A DNA stretch of 64,000 nt from contig CAVQSP010000009.1 of assembly GCA_963715985.1 (NCBI GenBank), forward strand, positions 106,749 through 170,748, written 5' to 3'. The position numbers were made by a program, and so were the translations under genes. A model generated the notes under the pieces. That model made no database searches. It saw only the letters and a list, made by a program, of their open reading frames with translations, and was not told the origin of the DNA. This document shows positions 53,350-64,000 of this stretch, one piece after another; position 1 is the first letter of the stretch; the number at the start of each line of letters is the position of its first letter. The stretch comes from an uncultured Thermoleophilia bacterium. Its GTDB lineage: Bacteria; Actinomycetota; Thermoleophilia; UBA2241.

Positions 53350-54127
53350 ATGGAGATCAGCGACTTCTCGATGGACTTCTTCTCCCTCAAGGGGAAGAAC
53401 GCCATCGTCACCGGCGGCAACACGGGCCTCGGCCAGGCCTTCGCCCTGGCGCTAGCCAAGGCCGGCGCCAACGTCTTCGTGCCGAGCATCATGGACGACG
53501 ACGGCTCCACGAGGAAGCTCATAGAGGGCGAGGGCGTCCACTACGAGTTCCTGAAGGCCGACATCACCGCCGCGCGGCGTGCCCGCCAGGTCGTCGGCGA
53601 GCTGCGTCGACGCGCTTCGGCTCCTGGACATCCTCGTGAACTGCGCCGGCATCTGCCCGCTCGCCGCGGTGCTGGAGTTCGGCCGCGAGCAGTGGGACGC
53701 CACCGTGGCCGTGAACCTCACGGCGGCCTTCGAGATGAGCTACGAGGCCGCCAAGCACATGGTGCCGCGGCGCAGCGGCAAGATCATCAACATCTGCTCG
53801 CTGTTCTCGTTCCTGGGCGGCCGCTGGTCGTCCGCGTACGCGGCCACCAAGCACGGCCTGGCCGGGTTCACCAAGGCGTACTGCGACGAGCTCGCCGAGC
53901 TCGGCATCCAGGTCAACGGCATCGCCCCGGGCTACTACGCCACGGCCATCACCACGGCCACGCGCAGCGACCCCGAGACCAACAAGCGCGTGCTGGACCA
54001 CATCCCGGCCGCACGCTGGGGCGACCCGGCCGACCTCATGGGCGCCACCGTCTTCCTCGCCAGCCGCGCCTCCGACTACGTCAGCGGCCACGTCCTGGTG
54101 GTCGACGGCGGCTACCTCGTCCGCTAG
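53350..54127 (+). CDS. KduD/YgcW-like SDR oxidoreductase (frameshifts ~53575-53610)
   Basis: FSLKGKNAIVTGGNTGLG, YAATKHG, QVNGIAPGY. Confidence 0.85.
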
Positions 54128-54143
54128 GGCGCGGGAGGCACGC

Positions 54144-55575
54144 ATGGCTGGCAAGTACGTCATCGGCATCGACAACGGCACCCAGAGCTCCAAGGTCGTC
54201 ATCTACGATCTCGAGGGCACCGTCGTCTGCGAGGCCAAACGGACGCTACTTCCGATGGAGCACCCGCAGCTGGGCTATGCCGTGCATCCCGACGACGACC
54301 TCTGGGAGTCCATCGTCGCGGCAAGCCGCGAGGTGATGACGAAGTTCACCGGCGACCCCGCGCGACATCCTCGGCGTCGGCCTCTGCACCATCCGCTGCT
54401 GCAAGGCCTTCCTCAAGGCCGACGGCACGCTGCTCGAGCCCGTGATGAGCTGGATGGACACACGCGCCTACCAGCCCTGGCTGCCGGACGATCCCGAGCT
54501 CGCCTGCGCCACCACCTCGTCCGGCTACATGACCCACCGGTTCACCGGGCAGTTCCGCGACAGCGCCGCCAACAACATCATCCTGCAGTGGCCCATCGAC
54601 ACCGACACGTGGCAGTGGGATCCCGCGCTGTTCGAGCAGTTCAACATGCGTCCGGAGCTGCTGGTGGAGTTGCAGATGCCGGGTGACATCGCCGGCTACG
54701 TGACCGCAGACGCGGCGGCGGCGACCGGCATCCCGGAGGGCCTGCCGGTCGTGACCACCGCCAACGACAAGGCGGTCGAGGCGCTCGGCTCCGGGTCGCT
54801 CGACGAGCGCACGGCCCTCATCTCGCTGGGCACCTACATCGCCTCCATGGTGCACGGGCGCGAGAACCGCCAGGAGGCTGTGGACTTCTGGACGAACTTC
54901 GCCTGCATCCCCGGCCGCTACCTCTACGAGAGCGGCGGGGTGCGCCGCGGCATGTGGACCCTCAGCTGGTTCCTCGACCTGCTGGGGCCGGAGTTCGCGG
55001 CGGCGGCGGCGAGCCAGGGCACCTCCCGCGAGGAGTACCTCGAGCGGGAGGCCGAGCTGGTCCCCGCCGGGAGCTGCGGCCTCATGACGGTCCTGGACTG
55101 GCTCGCCCCCACCGACAAGCCCTTCCGCAAGGGCGAGATCATCGGCTTCGACGCGCGTCACACCAGGGCCCACGTCTACCGCTCGATCCTCGAGGCCATC
55201 GCCTTGACGATGAAGCAGAACGTCGACGCCATGTGCGCCGAGCTCGGCATCGACCTGCGCGAGATCGTCGTCTCGGGCGGCGGCTCCAACAGCCCCCTCT
55301 TCATGAACATCTTCTCTGACGTGTTCGGCGTGCCCGCGTCGCGCAACGTCGGCAGCAGCGGCGCGAGCCTCGGATCCGCCATCTGCGCAGCCGTGGCCAC
55401 CGGTGCGTATTCCGACTTCGCGACCGCTGCCGGCGCCATGAAGCAGGGTCGCGAGTCCTTCGCTCCGAACCTGGAGAACCACGACGTCTACCGGCGCATG
55501 AACGAGAAGGTCTACCGCGCCATCCACGGCGCTACCGACCCGATCCTCGAGCGCTCGTTCTCGATCTTCCACTGA
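54144..55575 (+). CDS. FGGY-family carbohydrate kinase (YgcE-like), frameshift ~54360
   Basis: IGIDNGTQSSK, TANDK, SLGT, SGGGSNS. Confidence 0.88.
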
Positions 55576-55612
55576 TCTCGCGCCCACCCACGGAACGCAA
55601 AGGAACCCCGGC

Positions 55613-57055
55613 ATGCCACTGAGCAGAGAAGCCATCGTCGAGGGCCTGCGGCGCATCGCCGGCCCGGAGGACGTGGTCACGGACGAGCAGATCCTCGTGC
55701 AGAGCAGCGTGGACAACTTCCGCAAGCTGCAGAACATCTTCGACGTGCACACCTTGCCGGTGCCGGCCGCCATCGTCATGCCGCGCAGCACGGAGAAGGT
55801 CGCGGAGATCCTGCGCTGGGCCGACGGCAACGGGGTCAACGTCATCCCTCGTACCGGGGGCACCGCCACGGAGGGCGGGCTCGAGAGCGCCGTGCCCGAC
55901 TCCGTCATCATCGACGGCTCCCACATGAACGCGATCCTCGACGTGGACGCCTACAACATGCAGGCCACCGCGCAGTGCGGCGTACCGCTGCAGGTGCTCG
56001 AGGACCGCGTGCGCGAGCTCGGGCTCACCACCGGCCACTCGCCGCAGTCCAAGCCGGTGGCCCACATGGGCGGCCTCGTGGCCACGCGCAGCATCGGCCA
56101 GTTCTCCACGCTGTACGGCGGCATCGAGGACATGGTGGTCGGCCTCGAGGCGGTCTTCCCCGGCGGCGAGGTCGCGCGCATCAAGAACGTGCCGCGCCGC
56201 GCCGCCGGCCCGGACATCCGCCACGTGGTCATCGGCAACGAGGGCGCCCTGTGCTTCATCACCGAGGTGACGGTGAAGCTGTTCCCGTACTTCCCGGAGA
56301 ACAACAGGTTCCTCGGCTGGACACTCAAGGACATGGCCACCGGCTTCGCGGTGCTGCGCGAGGTCATGGTGAACGGCTACAAGCCGTCGGTGGCGCGGGT
56401 CTACGACCCGGGCGACGCCGGCCTGCACTTCTCGCACTTCGCCGCCGAGGACGACTGCGTGCTGCTCTTCATGGCCGAGGGCGCGGCCGGCATCGCCAAG
56501 GCCACGGCCGACGGCATCCAGGCCATTGTCGACGGCCACCCCGAGTGCACGCAGGTGGACAGCCGCTACATCGAGACCTGGTTCAACGACCTCTGCTGGG
56601 GCCCTGACAAGATCACGGCGGAGGACGAGCGCATCCGCCAGACGCGCAACGTGAACCGCACCACCGAGATCTCCGCCGACTGGAGCTCCATCAACGACAT
56701 CTACCAGGCCGCGCGGGCGCGCATCCTGGCGGAGATCCCCGACATCACGATGATGGGCGGGCACTCCTCGCACAGCTACATCAACGGCACCAACATGTAC
56801 TTCAACTACTTCTTCAACGTGGTGGGCGTGGGGCCGGAGGAGGAGACGAGCAAGTACTACCTCCCGATCATCGGCATCATCTGCGAGGAGACGCTCAAGC
56901 GCGGCGGGTCCATCGTCCACCATCACGGGATGGGCAAGGCGCGGGCGCCGTGGGTCAAGGACGAGTACGGTTCGTCGTACTACATCCTCGAGACGCTGAA
57001 GACGGCGTTCGACCCCAAGGGCACGATGAACAAGGGAACGATCTTCCCGCTGTGA
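55613..57055 (+). CDS. FAD-binding oxidoreductase (YgcU/alkyl-DHAP synthase-like)
   Basis: PRTGGTATEGG, GHSPQS, GQFSTLYGGIED, HHHGMGK. Confidence 0.9.
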   Translation: MPLSREAIVEGLRRIAGPEDVVTDEQILVQSSVDNFRKLQNIFDVHTLPVPAAIVMPRSTEKVAEILRWADGNGVNVIPRTGGTATEGGLESAVPDSVIIDGSHMNAILDVDAYNMQATAQCGVPLQVLEDRVRELGLTTGHSPQSKPVAHMGGLVATRSIGQFSTLYGGIEDMVVGLEAVFPGGEVARIKNVPRRAAGPDIRHVVIGNEGALCFITEVTVKLFPYFPENNRFLGWTLKDMATGFAVLREVMVNGYKPSVARVYDPGDAGLHFSHFAAEDDCVLLFMAEGAAGIAKATADGIQAIVDGHPECTQVDSRYIETWFNDLCWGPDKITAEDERIRQTRNVNRTTEISADWSSINDIYQAARARILAEIPDITMMGGHSSHSYINGTNMYFNYFFNVVGVGPEEETSKYYLPIIGIICEETLKRGGSIVHHHGMGKARAPWVKDEYGSSYYILETLKTAFDPKGTMNKGTIFPL

Positions 57056-57062
57056 CCTCCCC

Positions 57063-57890
57063 ATGAGGATCCTCGTCTGCTTCAGGACGACGCCGGACTA
57101 CGAGGCGCTCAGGGCCACCGACTGGGCGGCGCTCGCGGCGGGCAGGGCGGCGGACGAGGCCACGAAGTACGTCCGCCGCGTCCTCAACTGCTTCGACGAG
57201 AGCGCGCTGGAGCTGGCCCTGCGGCTGGCGGAGGCGCGCGGCGCGCTGGGCGCGGCCACGGAGCTGGCCGCGCTCACCGTCGCCGGGCGCGAGGCCGACG
57301 CTCACCTCAAGACGCTGCGCGCCCTGGGCTTCTCGAGGGCGGCGCGGGTGGAACCGCACGCCGCCCTCGACTTCGCCCCGGCGGCCACGGCGGCGCTCAT
57401 CGCCGGCTTCGCCCGCCTGGACCGCAGCGACGTGCTGCTGCTCGGCAGCCGCAGCGGTCCCGGCGACAGCGGCACCGTGCCCTTCCGCGTCGCCGATGCG
57501 CTCGGCCGCCCGTGCCTCACGCAGCTCACGGAGCTGGAGCCGTGGGGCGAGGACGGCGTGCGCGTGAGCTTCGCCGCCGACGACGCCCTCCTGCGCATCA
57601 CGCTGCGGCCGCCGTGCGTGCTGGCCGTGGGCAACGCGCTCGTCTCGAACCTGCGCGTACCGACGCTCACGGACCGGCTGGCCCTCAAGGACGAGCCGGT
57701 CACCGTGCTCTCGCCCGCCGACGTGGGCGTGGACCTGGCCGCGCAGCTCCGCGCGGAGACGTCCGCCCTCGCGAGTCTCGAGGAGGTCGACCGGCGCCGC
57801 GCCGGCCTCCGCGTCGCCGGCGCCACCCCGACCGAACAGGCGAACGCCCTCTACGAGGCTCACCTGCGCGGCGTGCTGGAGGCCTTGTGA
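57063..57890 (+). CDS. Electron transfer flavoprotein beta subunit (FixA/YgcR-like)
   Basis: RILVC, LNCFDESALELALRL, GSRSGPGDSGTVP. Confidence 0.82.
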   Translation: MRILVCFRTTPDYEALRATDWAALAAGRAADEATKYVRRVLNCFDESALELALRLAEARGALGAATELAALTVAGREADAHLKTLRALGFSRAARVEPHAALDFAPAATAALIAGFARLDRSDVLLLGSRSGPGDSGTVPFRVADALGRPCLTQLTELEPWGEDGVRVSFAADDALLRITLRPPCVLAVGNALVSNLRVPTLTDRLALKDEPVTVLSPADVGVDLAAQLRAETSALASLEEVDRRRAGLRVAGATPTEQANALYEAHLRGVLEAL

Positions 57891-58909
57891 GGATCGTCGC
57901 CGTCCTGGATGCCGCGACGGCGGCGGCGGCGCAGCAGGCGCGCGCCCTCGGCGCCTTCTTGCGCGAAGGGCTGCGCAGCAGTGGTGACGGCCGCGCGGCC
58001 GCCGAGACCGTCGTCTTCTGCCGCGGCGACGACGACCGGCTGCAGCTCGCGGCGCTCGCGCCCACCCGCGATGTGCGCGTGGTCGCCGCGGAGCCGCGAC
58101 GGCCCGACCGGCTCGTCGCGCACCTCGCGGAGATCGCGCGCAGGGAGCCGGAGTCGCTGTTCCTGTTCGCCGGCGGCACGGCGGGCACCGAGCTCGCCAC
58201 GCGCCTCGCCTGCGCGACCGGTGGCTCAGCCCTGACAGACGCGCTCGTCATCGACGTCGAGCCGGGGCGCGTGAGCGGACGCAGGAGCGTGTACTCCGGT
58301 CACCTGACCGGCCGGTTCGAGCTCACGGCGCGGCCCTGGTGCGTCAGCATCGAGGCGGGCTGGGCGGACGCACCCGCGGGCGCCTCGGGTACCGACCCCC
58401 CCGGAGCCGCCCCCGATCGCGTGATCTTGTCCGAGGAGGTCGCGGCCGACGCCGCGTTGCCGCCGTTCGACGAGGTCGAGGTACTGGAGCAGCCGGCCGC
58501 CGGCGACCTCGAAGCCGCCGCCTTCCTCGTCGTGGCCGGCGCAGGGGCCGGAAGCCGCGACAGCGTGCAGCGCATCGCGACGGCGGCGGCCGGGATGGGC
58601 GCCGCCTTCGGCGTCACCCGGCCGGTGGCGATGAACGCCTGGGCGCCGATGGACCGCCTCATCGGCGTGTCCGGCGCGCGCACGGCGCCGGCGCTCTGCA
58701 TCGTCGCCGGCGCCTACGGAGCGCCCGCCTTCTACTGGGGCATCGAGCGCGCCGGGTACATCGTCGCGATCAACACCGACGACCACGCGCCCATCGTCGG
58801 TGAGGCGGACGCGACCGTCATCGGCGACGCCGTCGCCGTGGTCGAGGCGCTCGCCGCCCGCGTGAAGGGGCGGGACGGTCGCGTGAAAGCGTCGGACGGC
58901 CCCATCTGA
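57887..58909 (+). CDS. Electron transfer flavoprotein alpha subunit (FixB/YgcQ-like)
   Basis: VVAGAG, GVTRP, IGVSG, IVAINTDDHAPI. Confidence 0.85.
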   Translation: MRIVAVLDAATAAAAQQARALGAFLREGLRSSGDGRAAAETVVFCRGDDDRLQLAALAPTRDVRVVAAEPRRPDRLVAHLAEIARREPESLFLFAGGTAGTELATRLACATGGSALTDALVIDVEPGRVSGRRSVYSGHLTGRFELTARPWCVSIEAGWADAPAGASGTDPPGAAPDRVILSEEVAADAALPPFDEVEVLEQPAAGDLEAAAFLVVAGAGAGSRDSVQRIATAAAGMGAAFGVTRPVAMNAWAPMDRLIGVSGARTAPALCIVAGAYGAPAFYWGIERAGYIVAINTDDHAPIVGEADATVIGDAVAVVEALAARVKGRDGRVKASDGPI

Positions 58910-58954
58910 CGACGAGAACGGACAATCCGGACTGTTTGGGGCCGTTTCTACGGA

Positions 58955-59003
58955 AGATTATTCGTCTCCCAGCTTGACTCGGCGAACATCTGGCTGAAAT
59001 ACT
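58955..59003 (+). promoter_or_regulatory. Promoter of lrp, homologous to 53243-53289
   Basis: TTGACT-18-AATACT with the shared AGAT..TTC.TCT.CC.GCTTGAC...GAACAT context. Confidence 0.65.
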
Positions 59004-59039
59004 CCCCCTTTGAAAGACACTCGTTGTAAGGGGGATGGT

Positions 59040-59504
59040 GTGGACGCTCTGGACCGGCAAGTCCTTCTGGCCTTGCAGACCGACGGCCGCATGTCCAACC
59101 TCGCTCTTGCACGCTCTCTCGACCTCTCGCCGTCGGCCATGCTCGGCCGCGTGCGCCGCCTCGAAGCCGGCGGCGCCATCCGCGGCTATCGCGCCGTCAT
59201 CGACCCGGCTGCCCTCGGCATCACCGTGCGGGCGCTCGTGGTGGCGCGCCTGCGCGAGCACAGCGAGCGCTCCATCCAGGCGTTCGAAGACGGCATCCGC
59301 ACGGTGCCCGGTGTGCGCGCCTGCTACCACGTCACCGGGCAGTTCGACATGGTGGTCGAGCTGGCGCTGCGCGACCTCGACCACCTCGGCCAGCTCATCC
59401 GCGTGGACATCGCCCGCATCCCCGGGGTCATGAACCTCGAGACGATGCTGATCATGGCCGAACCCGTCGAAGACCAAGGCTGGCCCAACGTCACTCAAGG
59501 GTAG
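59040..59504 (+). CDS. Lrp/AsnC-family regulator
   Basis: DALDRQVLLALQTDGRMSN HTH, CYHVTGQFD. Confidence 0.92.
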   Translation: MDALDRQVLLALQTDGRMSNLALARSLDLSPSAMLGRVRRLEAGGAIRGYRAVIDPAALGITVRALVVARLREHSERSIQAFEDGIRTVPGVRACYHVTGQFDMVVELALRDLDHLGQLIRVDIARIPGVMNLETMLIMAEPVEDQGWPNVTQG

Positions 59505-59555
59505 TCCGTGGCGCTCGCGCCGCGGCGATCCGCACCGCACAGGAGGTCCACCCCC

Positions 59556-60410
59556 ATGCCCGCGAAGAAAGGTCTCTTCGACCTGCACGAGATGAAGCGC
59601 GCCGGCGAGCAGATCGCCTGGCTCACCGCCTACGACTACCCGACGGCGCAGTTCGAGGAGGCGGCCGGCGTCGACATGATCCTCGTCGGCGACTCGCTGG
59701 GCATGTGCGTCTACGGCTACCCCGGCACCGTCCCGGTGACCATGGACCAGTGCCTCGTGCACAGTGAGGCGGTGCGCCGCGGCGCCCCGGACACCTTCGT
59801 CCTCGGCGACATGCCGCTGGGCAGCTACCAGGCCTGCGACGCAGACGCCGTGCGCAACGCCATCCGCTTCCTCAAAGAGGCGAACGTCGACGCCGTCAAG
59901 CTCGAGGGCGGCGTGCGCACGCTCTCCCGCGTCACGGCGATCCTCGCGGCCGGCGTCGCCGTCTGCGGCCACATCGGGCTCACGCCGCAGTCCTCGGGGC
60001 AGCTCGGCGGGCACAAGGCGCAGGGCCGCACCCTCGCCTCGGCCCAGCTCGTCGTCGAGGACGCCCGCGCCCTCGACGAGGCCGGCGTCCAGCTCCTCCT
60101 CGTCGAGGCCGTGCCCCCCGAGGTCGCCGCCTTCATCGCCCGCGAGCTGCCCATCCCCGTGCTCGGCATCGGGGCCGGCGCCGACGTCGACGGGCAGCTG
60201 CTCATCGTCAGCGACGTGCTCGGCACCTTCGCCGCCTTCACGCCCAAGTTCGTGAAGCAGTACGCCGACCTCGCCGCCCTCTCCACGGCGGCCCTTGCCG
60301 AGTACGTCGCCGACGTGCGCGGCAACGCCTTCCCCGAGGAGCAGCACTGCTACCGCATGCTCGAGGGCGAGGCGGCGAAGTTCGGGGAGTGGGCCGCGGC
60401 CGGCGACTGA
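59556..60410 (+). CDS. panB: 3-methyl-2-oxobutanoate hydroxymethyltransferase
   Basis: LTAYD, LVGDSLG, AVKLEGG, GHIGLTPQ, GIGAG, PKFVK. Confidence 0.92.
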   Translation: MPAKKGLFDLHEMKRAGEQIAWLTAYDYPTAQFEEAAGVDMILVGDSLGMCVYGYPGTVPVTMDQCLVHSEAVRRGAPDTFVLGDMPLGSYQACDADAVRNAIRFLKEANVDAVKLEGGVRTLSRVTAILAAGVAVCGHIGLTPQSSGQLGGHKAQGRTLASAQLVVEDARALDEAGVQLLLVEAVPPEVAAFIARELPIPVLGIGAGADVDGQLLIVSDVLGTFAAFTPKFVKQYADLAALSTAALAEYVADVRGNAFPEEQHCYRMLEGEAAKFGEWAAAGD

Positions 60411-60446
60411 CCCGCGACCATCCGACTCCAGGCGACAGGCTGACTC

Positions 60447-61710
60447 ATGCTGCACGAACTCGATGACCTCACCGCGCCGGGCAGCGTTCACGCCGGCTTC
60501 ACGCCCGCGGAGCGCGTGGCGCGGCTCGGCACCGAGACGGTGTTCGCCGTCTCGTCCGAGGCGGCCGCGCTCGCCGCGACGGGCAAGACCATCTACCCGT
60601 TCCACCTCGGCGACCTCAACATCCCGACGGCGGAGCCGATCGTCGAGGCCATGAACCAGGCCATCCGCGACGGCAAGACCACGTACTGTCCCAACGCTGG
60701 CATCATGCCCTTGCGCGAGGCGCTGGCCGCGGATGTGAGCGCCGCCCGCGGCGTCACCTACACCGCCGACAACGTCTCGGTGCAGCCGGGCGGCAAGCCG
60801 GTCATCGGCAAGTTCCTCATGGCCGCCATGAACATGGGCGACGAGGTCCTCTACCCCAACCCCGGCTTCCCGATCTACGGTTCGTTCATCGAGTTCGTCG
60901 GCGGGGTCGCCGTCCCCTACGGCTACGTGGACGCCGGCGACCGCTACACCATCGACATCGACGAGCTCGAGCGCCGCATCACGCCGCGCACGCGCCTGCT
61001 CATCCTGAACGACCTGCACAACCCGACGGCGGCCGAGTGCCCGCCCGAGGAGCTGGACCGCATCGCCGAGATCGCCCTCGAGCACGACCTCGTCGTGCTC
61101 AGCGACGAGGCGTACTTCGACGTGCGCTTCGCGGGCGCCAGCGGATCGATCGTCTCGCGCCCGGGCATGCAGGAGCGCACCGTCATCCTCTACACGTTCA
61201 GCAAGAAGTACGCGATGACCGGCTGGCGCCTGGGCGCGGCCGTCGGGCCCAAAGCCCATCATCGACATCGTCACTCGGCTGAACGTGAACATGGAGTCGT
61301 GCCCCAACCACTTCGCCCAGTACGGCGCCCTGGCGGCGCTCACCGGCGACCAGGCGGGCCCTCGCGAGATGATGGCCCGGCTCAAGGGGAGGCGCGACGC
61401 AGCGCTCCGCCTCCTCAACGCCACGCCGGGCGTCAGCTGCCACACGCCCGGGTCGACGTTCTACCTCTACCCGGACGTCACCGGCGCCATCCGCATGACC
61501 GGCTGCGCCGGCCACGAGGACTTCCGCCGCCTCCTGCTCGAGCAGACCGGCGTCTCGTTCTGCACCCGGCAGCACTTCGGGAAGGCAGTGCCGGGCGAGA
61601 CCGGATACCATCTACGTCTCGCCTACTCCGGCGTCACCACCGCACAGATCGAGGAGGGCCTCGGCGCGTTCAAGGCCTTCATCGAGTCGACAGAGCCCGC
61701 AGAGTCCTAG
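60447..61710 (+). CDS. Class I/II PLP aminotransferase (aspartate aminotransferase-like), frameshift ~61255
   Basis: PGGK, HNPT, SDEAY, FSKKYAMTGWRLG, FYLYP, LRLAY. Confidence 0.9.
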
Positions 61711-61731
61711 ACCCCCCAAGGAGACACCGCG

Positions 61732-63187
61732 ATGACCGACAAGCCTGCCGCCGCGCTCGAGAGCCGCCTCAGGATGCTCTCGGACGAGAAGTGCCAGATG
61801 ATCTACGACGCCGCGCTCACGATCATCGCCGACATCGGCATGACCGTGCCGCACGCCGAGGCGCGCGACATCCTCGTCAAGGGCGCCGGCGCCAGCGTCG
61901 AAGGCGAGGACCTGGTGAAGATCCCGCGCGATGCCGTGGCCGCCGCGCGCGACTCCGTGCCGGCCATGATCCGCGTCTACGACCGTAACGGCGAGCTCGC
62001 CATGCAGCTCGGCGGCTACAACTCGTACTTCGGCACGGGCTCGGACCTCATGAGCATCTACGACTTCGAGACCGCGCGAGCGCCGCCCGAGCGTGCTCGC
62101 CGACACGGCGCGCATGGCGCACCTGTGCGACGGCCTCCCCAACATCGACTTCATCATGTCGGCCGCCCACCCGCACGACATCCAGGCGTACGCCTCCTAC
62201 CTCGAGTGCTACCGCGTCATGGTGAGCAACACCACCAAGCCCATGGTGATGACTGCCGCGTCCAGGGACGACATCGAGGTCATGTGGAAGATCGCCTGCG
62301 CGTTCCGCGGCGGCGCCGAGGAGCTGCGCGCCAAGCCGTACTTCATCCACTACGGCGAGCCGGTGAGCCCGCTGCAGCACGCGCCCGAGGTGCTCGACAA
62401 ACTGCTCTTCTGCGCCGACTGGGGCATCCCGCTCATCTACTCGCCGGCGCCGATCGCCGGCGCCACCGCGCCCATGACCCACGCCGGCCACATCGTGCAG
62501 GCCGTGGCCGAGTCGCTCTTCGGCGCCGTCATCCACCAGCTGCGCCGCCCCGGCTCGCCGCTGCTCACCGGCATGGGCCCGGTCAAGCTCGACATGAACA
62601 CCGTGCAGGCGCTCTACAACTCGGCCGAGTACTACACCACGTACCTCGGCATCACCGAGATGGCCAAGTGGATGGACATCCCCAACTGGGGCTACGCCGG
62701 CACCAGCGACTCGCAGTGTGTGGACGCCAACGCCGGCATCGACATCGCCGAGCTCACGCTGCTCTCCATGCAGGCCGGGTCCAACCTCAACCACGACATC
62801 GGCTACCTGGACTTCGGCCTCACCTGCGCCGGCGAGCTCGTGGTGCTCACGGACGAGGTCATCTCCATGAACCGCCGCGCGCTCGAGGGCATCGAGGTCA
62901 GCGAGGAGACGCTGGCGCTGGACACGATCGCCGCGGTCGGTCGCGGCGGCGACTTCCTCGGCCAGAAGCACACCAAGCGGCACGTGCGGGACCTGCAGTG
63001 GCGGCCCACGATCCTCAACCGCGCCACTCAGAAGAACTGGGAGGCCGAGGGCTCGCTCGACGCCACCGAGAAGGCGCACCGCAAGCTCGTGGACATCATG
63101 ACGAACCACACGCCCGAGCCGCTCAGCGCCGAGATGAAGCAGACCATGGACGAACTCGTCGACGCCTACGTGGCGGCCGGCGCGTGA
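61732..63187 (+). CDS. MttB-family methyltransferase, non-Pyl (Thr at the Pyl position), frameshift ~62080
   Basis: YFGTGSD, EPVSPL, AGATAPMTHAG, WGYAGTSDSQ, HDIGYLDFG. Confidence 0.9.
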
Positions 63188-63204
63188 CCCGAGGAGGACC
63201 CCCC

Positions 63205-63930
63205 ATGTCCCAGCAGCTCTACGAGCAGATGAAGCAGAGCGTCATCGACGGCGAGGTCGAGGACGCCGAGCGCCTCGCCCAGGAGGGCCTCGACGCCGGC
63301 CTACCCGCCGGCGACATCCTCGACGCCGGTTTCGTGAAGGGCATCGAGGAGGTCGGCGAGCTCTTCGGGCGCGGCGAGTTCTTCCTCCCCGAGCTCGTGC
63401 AGGGGGCGGAGGCGATGAAGGCCGCGGTGCGCGTCCTGCAGCCCGCCCTCGACGCCTCCGGCGGCGGCAGGCAGGCGCTCGGCGTGGCCGTCGCCGGGAC
63501 GGTGGCCGGCGACATCCACGAGATCGGCAAGACGATCGTCTGCAGCATGCTCTCGCCGCCGGCTTCACCGTCACCGACGTGGGCTGCGACGTGCCCGTCG
63601 AGACCTTCATCGCGAACTGCAAGGAGACGGACGCCGACCTGCTCCTGCTCAGCGCCCTGCTGACCACGACGATGCCCAACCAGCAGAAGACGATCGCAGG
63701 CGCTGAAAGAAGCCGGTCTGCGCGACAAGGTGAAGGTGATGATCGGCGGCGCCCCCACGACGCGGGCCTGGGCCGACGAGATCGGCGCCGACGGCTACGC
63801 CGAGGACGCCATCGAGGCGGTCGTCGCGGCGAAGGCGCTGCTGGGGGTGGAGAGAGGCGCCGGCCCGCAGAGTGGCAGTCTCACGCCGGCGCCCGTTCCA
63901 CGGCCCGCTCGTAGGGCACCTTGGCAGTGA
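63205..63930 (+). CDS. Methyltransferase cognate corrinoid protein (MttC/MtbC-like), frameshifted; end uncertain
   Basis: GEFFLPEL, GTVAGDIHEIGK (DxHxxG), SALLTTTM, VMIGGAP, IGADGYAEDA. Confidence 0.9.
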
Positions 63931-64000
63931 CCGCCACGTCGACCTGCACCCAGGCAGGCATCGCGTGGATGAAGCAATCGGACCGCGGGTGGATGCCCGG

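Noticed and set aside
59003-59035. TCCCCCTT...AAGGGGGA inverted repeat as an RBS-sequestering RNA hairpin for lrp
   Set aside because: The left arm lies mostly upstream of the start site predicted from the -10, so it is unlikely to be in that transcript.
59502-61734. TAG stops of lrp (59504) and the aminotransferase (61710) are in frame with the next gene, suggesting Pyl read-through fusions
   Set aside because: Two of nine TAG stops in frame is within chance, and both downstream genes have their own RBS and ATG.

Overview
Very GC-rich bacterial DNA from an anaerobe. An Actinomycetota (Thermoleophilia-like) origin is my inference from GC content, GTGA/ATGA coupling and gene content. Many single-base frameshifts look like long-read errors. 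The window is a methylamine/methylated-substrate catabolic island. It has six MttB-family (trimethylamine:corrinoid methyltransferase-like) paralogues and one MtbB dimethylamine methyltransferase. One mttB (TAG 48101-48103) and mtbB (TAG 49446-49448) carry in-frame amber codons at the known pyrrolysine positions, each followed by a hairpin built from atypical codons. Other content: (i) two related minus-strand hydrolase operons sharing one TetR-associated promoter/operator, one led by an Opp/Dpp ABC transporter and ending in two mttB genes, the other keeping only a remnant of the transporter; (ii) an hdrCBA-flxDCBA electron-bifurcating cluster with a Rex-like operator; (iii) a MenAT1-like toxin-antitoxin pair; (iv) an E. 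coli ygc-like SDR/FGGY kinase/FAD oxidoreductase/ETF operon; (v) an lrp-panB-aminotransferase-mttB-corrinoid operon. A ~50-nt GAA-loop hairpin repeat occurs four times at stop/start junctions, twice translated into protein N-termini. I saw no pyl genes, tRNA, rRNA, CRISPR array or transposase.
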